Of a stretch of 64,000 nt of DNA, positions 63,567 through 64,000 are shown piece after piece. The notes under the pieces are model-generated. The model did no database searches and was not told where the DNA came from. It saw only the letters and a program-made list of their open reading frames with translations. Within the stretch, counting starts at the first letter, position 1. Each line of letters starts with the position of its first letter. This DNA comes from Octopus bimaculoides (taxonomy: Eukaryota), in the NCBI RefSeq assembly GCF_001194135.2, contig NC_068983.1:123603496-123667495 (forward strand), written 5' to 3'. The position numbers and the translations under genes were made by a program.

Positions 63567-64000
63567 AAACAAGATGAGGACAAATATCTGTCAAATGTAA
63601 ATAATGTACATAATTCCTCATCTCTTAAATATAGAACTGAATGAGCTTCTTATCAGGATAATGGACGGCAGTATTTAGTCATTATATTTCATTACAGTTG
63701 ACTTAGTCAATCATCTTCTTAGACTTGATAAAATAAATACCAGCCATATACTGGAGTAAATATAATTGACTGTAACTCACTATCTGTATAATATTTGTGT
63801 CCTTCTGCCAATATTAAATATCTGTATTACTGACTATTCTCTCATAAAGACAAAAGTTAAAAAGTAATTTGTAATTCCGGTAAAATTTGATCTCAGAACA
63901 CTGAGATCAAATCCACCACTGCTATTGAAAATATGAATGTGTAATATTTATCTTGTTCTTGTTTACAGTCTATACATGGTTTAGTTAAGCAGAAAAAGCA

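Larger units (their letters stand above)
62844..63638. mobile_element. Penelope-like insertion: GIY-YIG C-terminal fragment between inverted pseudo-LTRs, 14-bp TSD
   Basis: TSD GAATGAGCTTCTTA at 62830-62843 and 63639-63652. Inverted arms about 62842-63051 and 63401-63608. The spacer on the minus strand reads YKGKTCRSLKIRVEEH..GIADHVWKNGDH..DEVKIIDREHHW..LKEA..SIW. Confidence 0.88.

Noticed and set aside
36722-63770. Short plus-strand acceptor/donor-bounded open segments (about 36.72, 44.03, 57.05 and 63.70 kb) as exons of the MSIER gene
   Set aside because: None is open in phase 0 as the first exon requires, and none gives a recognisable peptide.

Overview
AT-rich, repeat-dense animal genomic DNA with several N-gaps. 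The SINE and RTE families point to a coleoid cephalopod, most likely Octopus (inference). One complete protein-coding gene can be built by eye: UBXN4 (erasin/UBXD2) on the minus strand, with 12 coding exons from ATG at 33483 to TGA at 13186, 1503 nt, 500 aa. All its introns are GT-AG and phase-consistent. A probable first coding exon (MSIER|GTAAGT, 34092-34106) of an unidentified head-to-head gene lies about 600 bp upstream on the plus strand; I could not link further exons to it. The rest is transposon-derived: two Penelope-like element (PLE) relics from apparently different clades, many RTE LINE fragments, tRNA-derived SINEs, a Buster/Charlie-type hAT relic with an intact 8-bp TSD, and mariner-, piggyBac- and Merlin-like MITEs. 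The top second-look item is a 795-bp TSD-flanked PLE insertion whose inverted terminal repeats each carry a tRNA-like Pol III head followed by a minimal hammerhead ribozyme. Also notable are a roughly 150-bp fold-back stem filling UBXN4 intron 8, a long N/S/T-rich insert splitting a GIY-YIG nuclease, and MITEs carrying TTAGGG repeats. Repeat boundaries are approximate unless a TSD or TIR is quoted.
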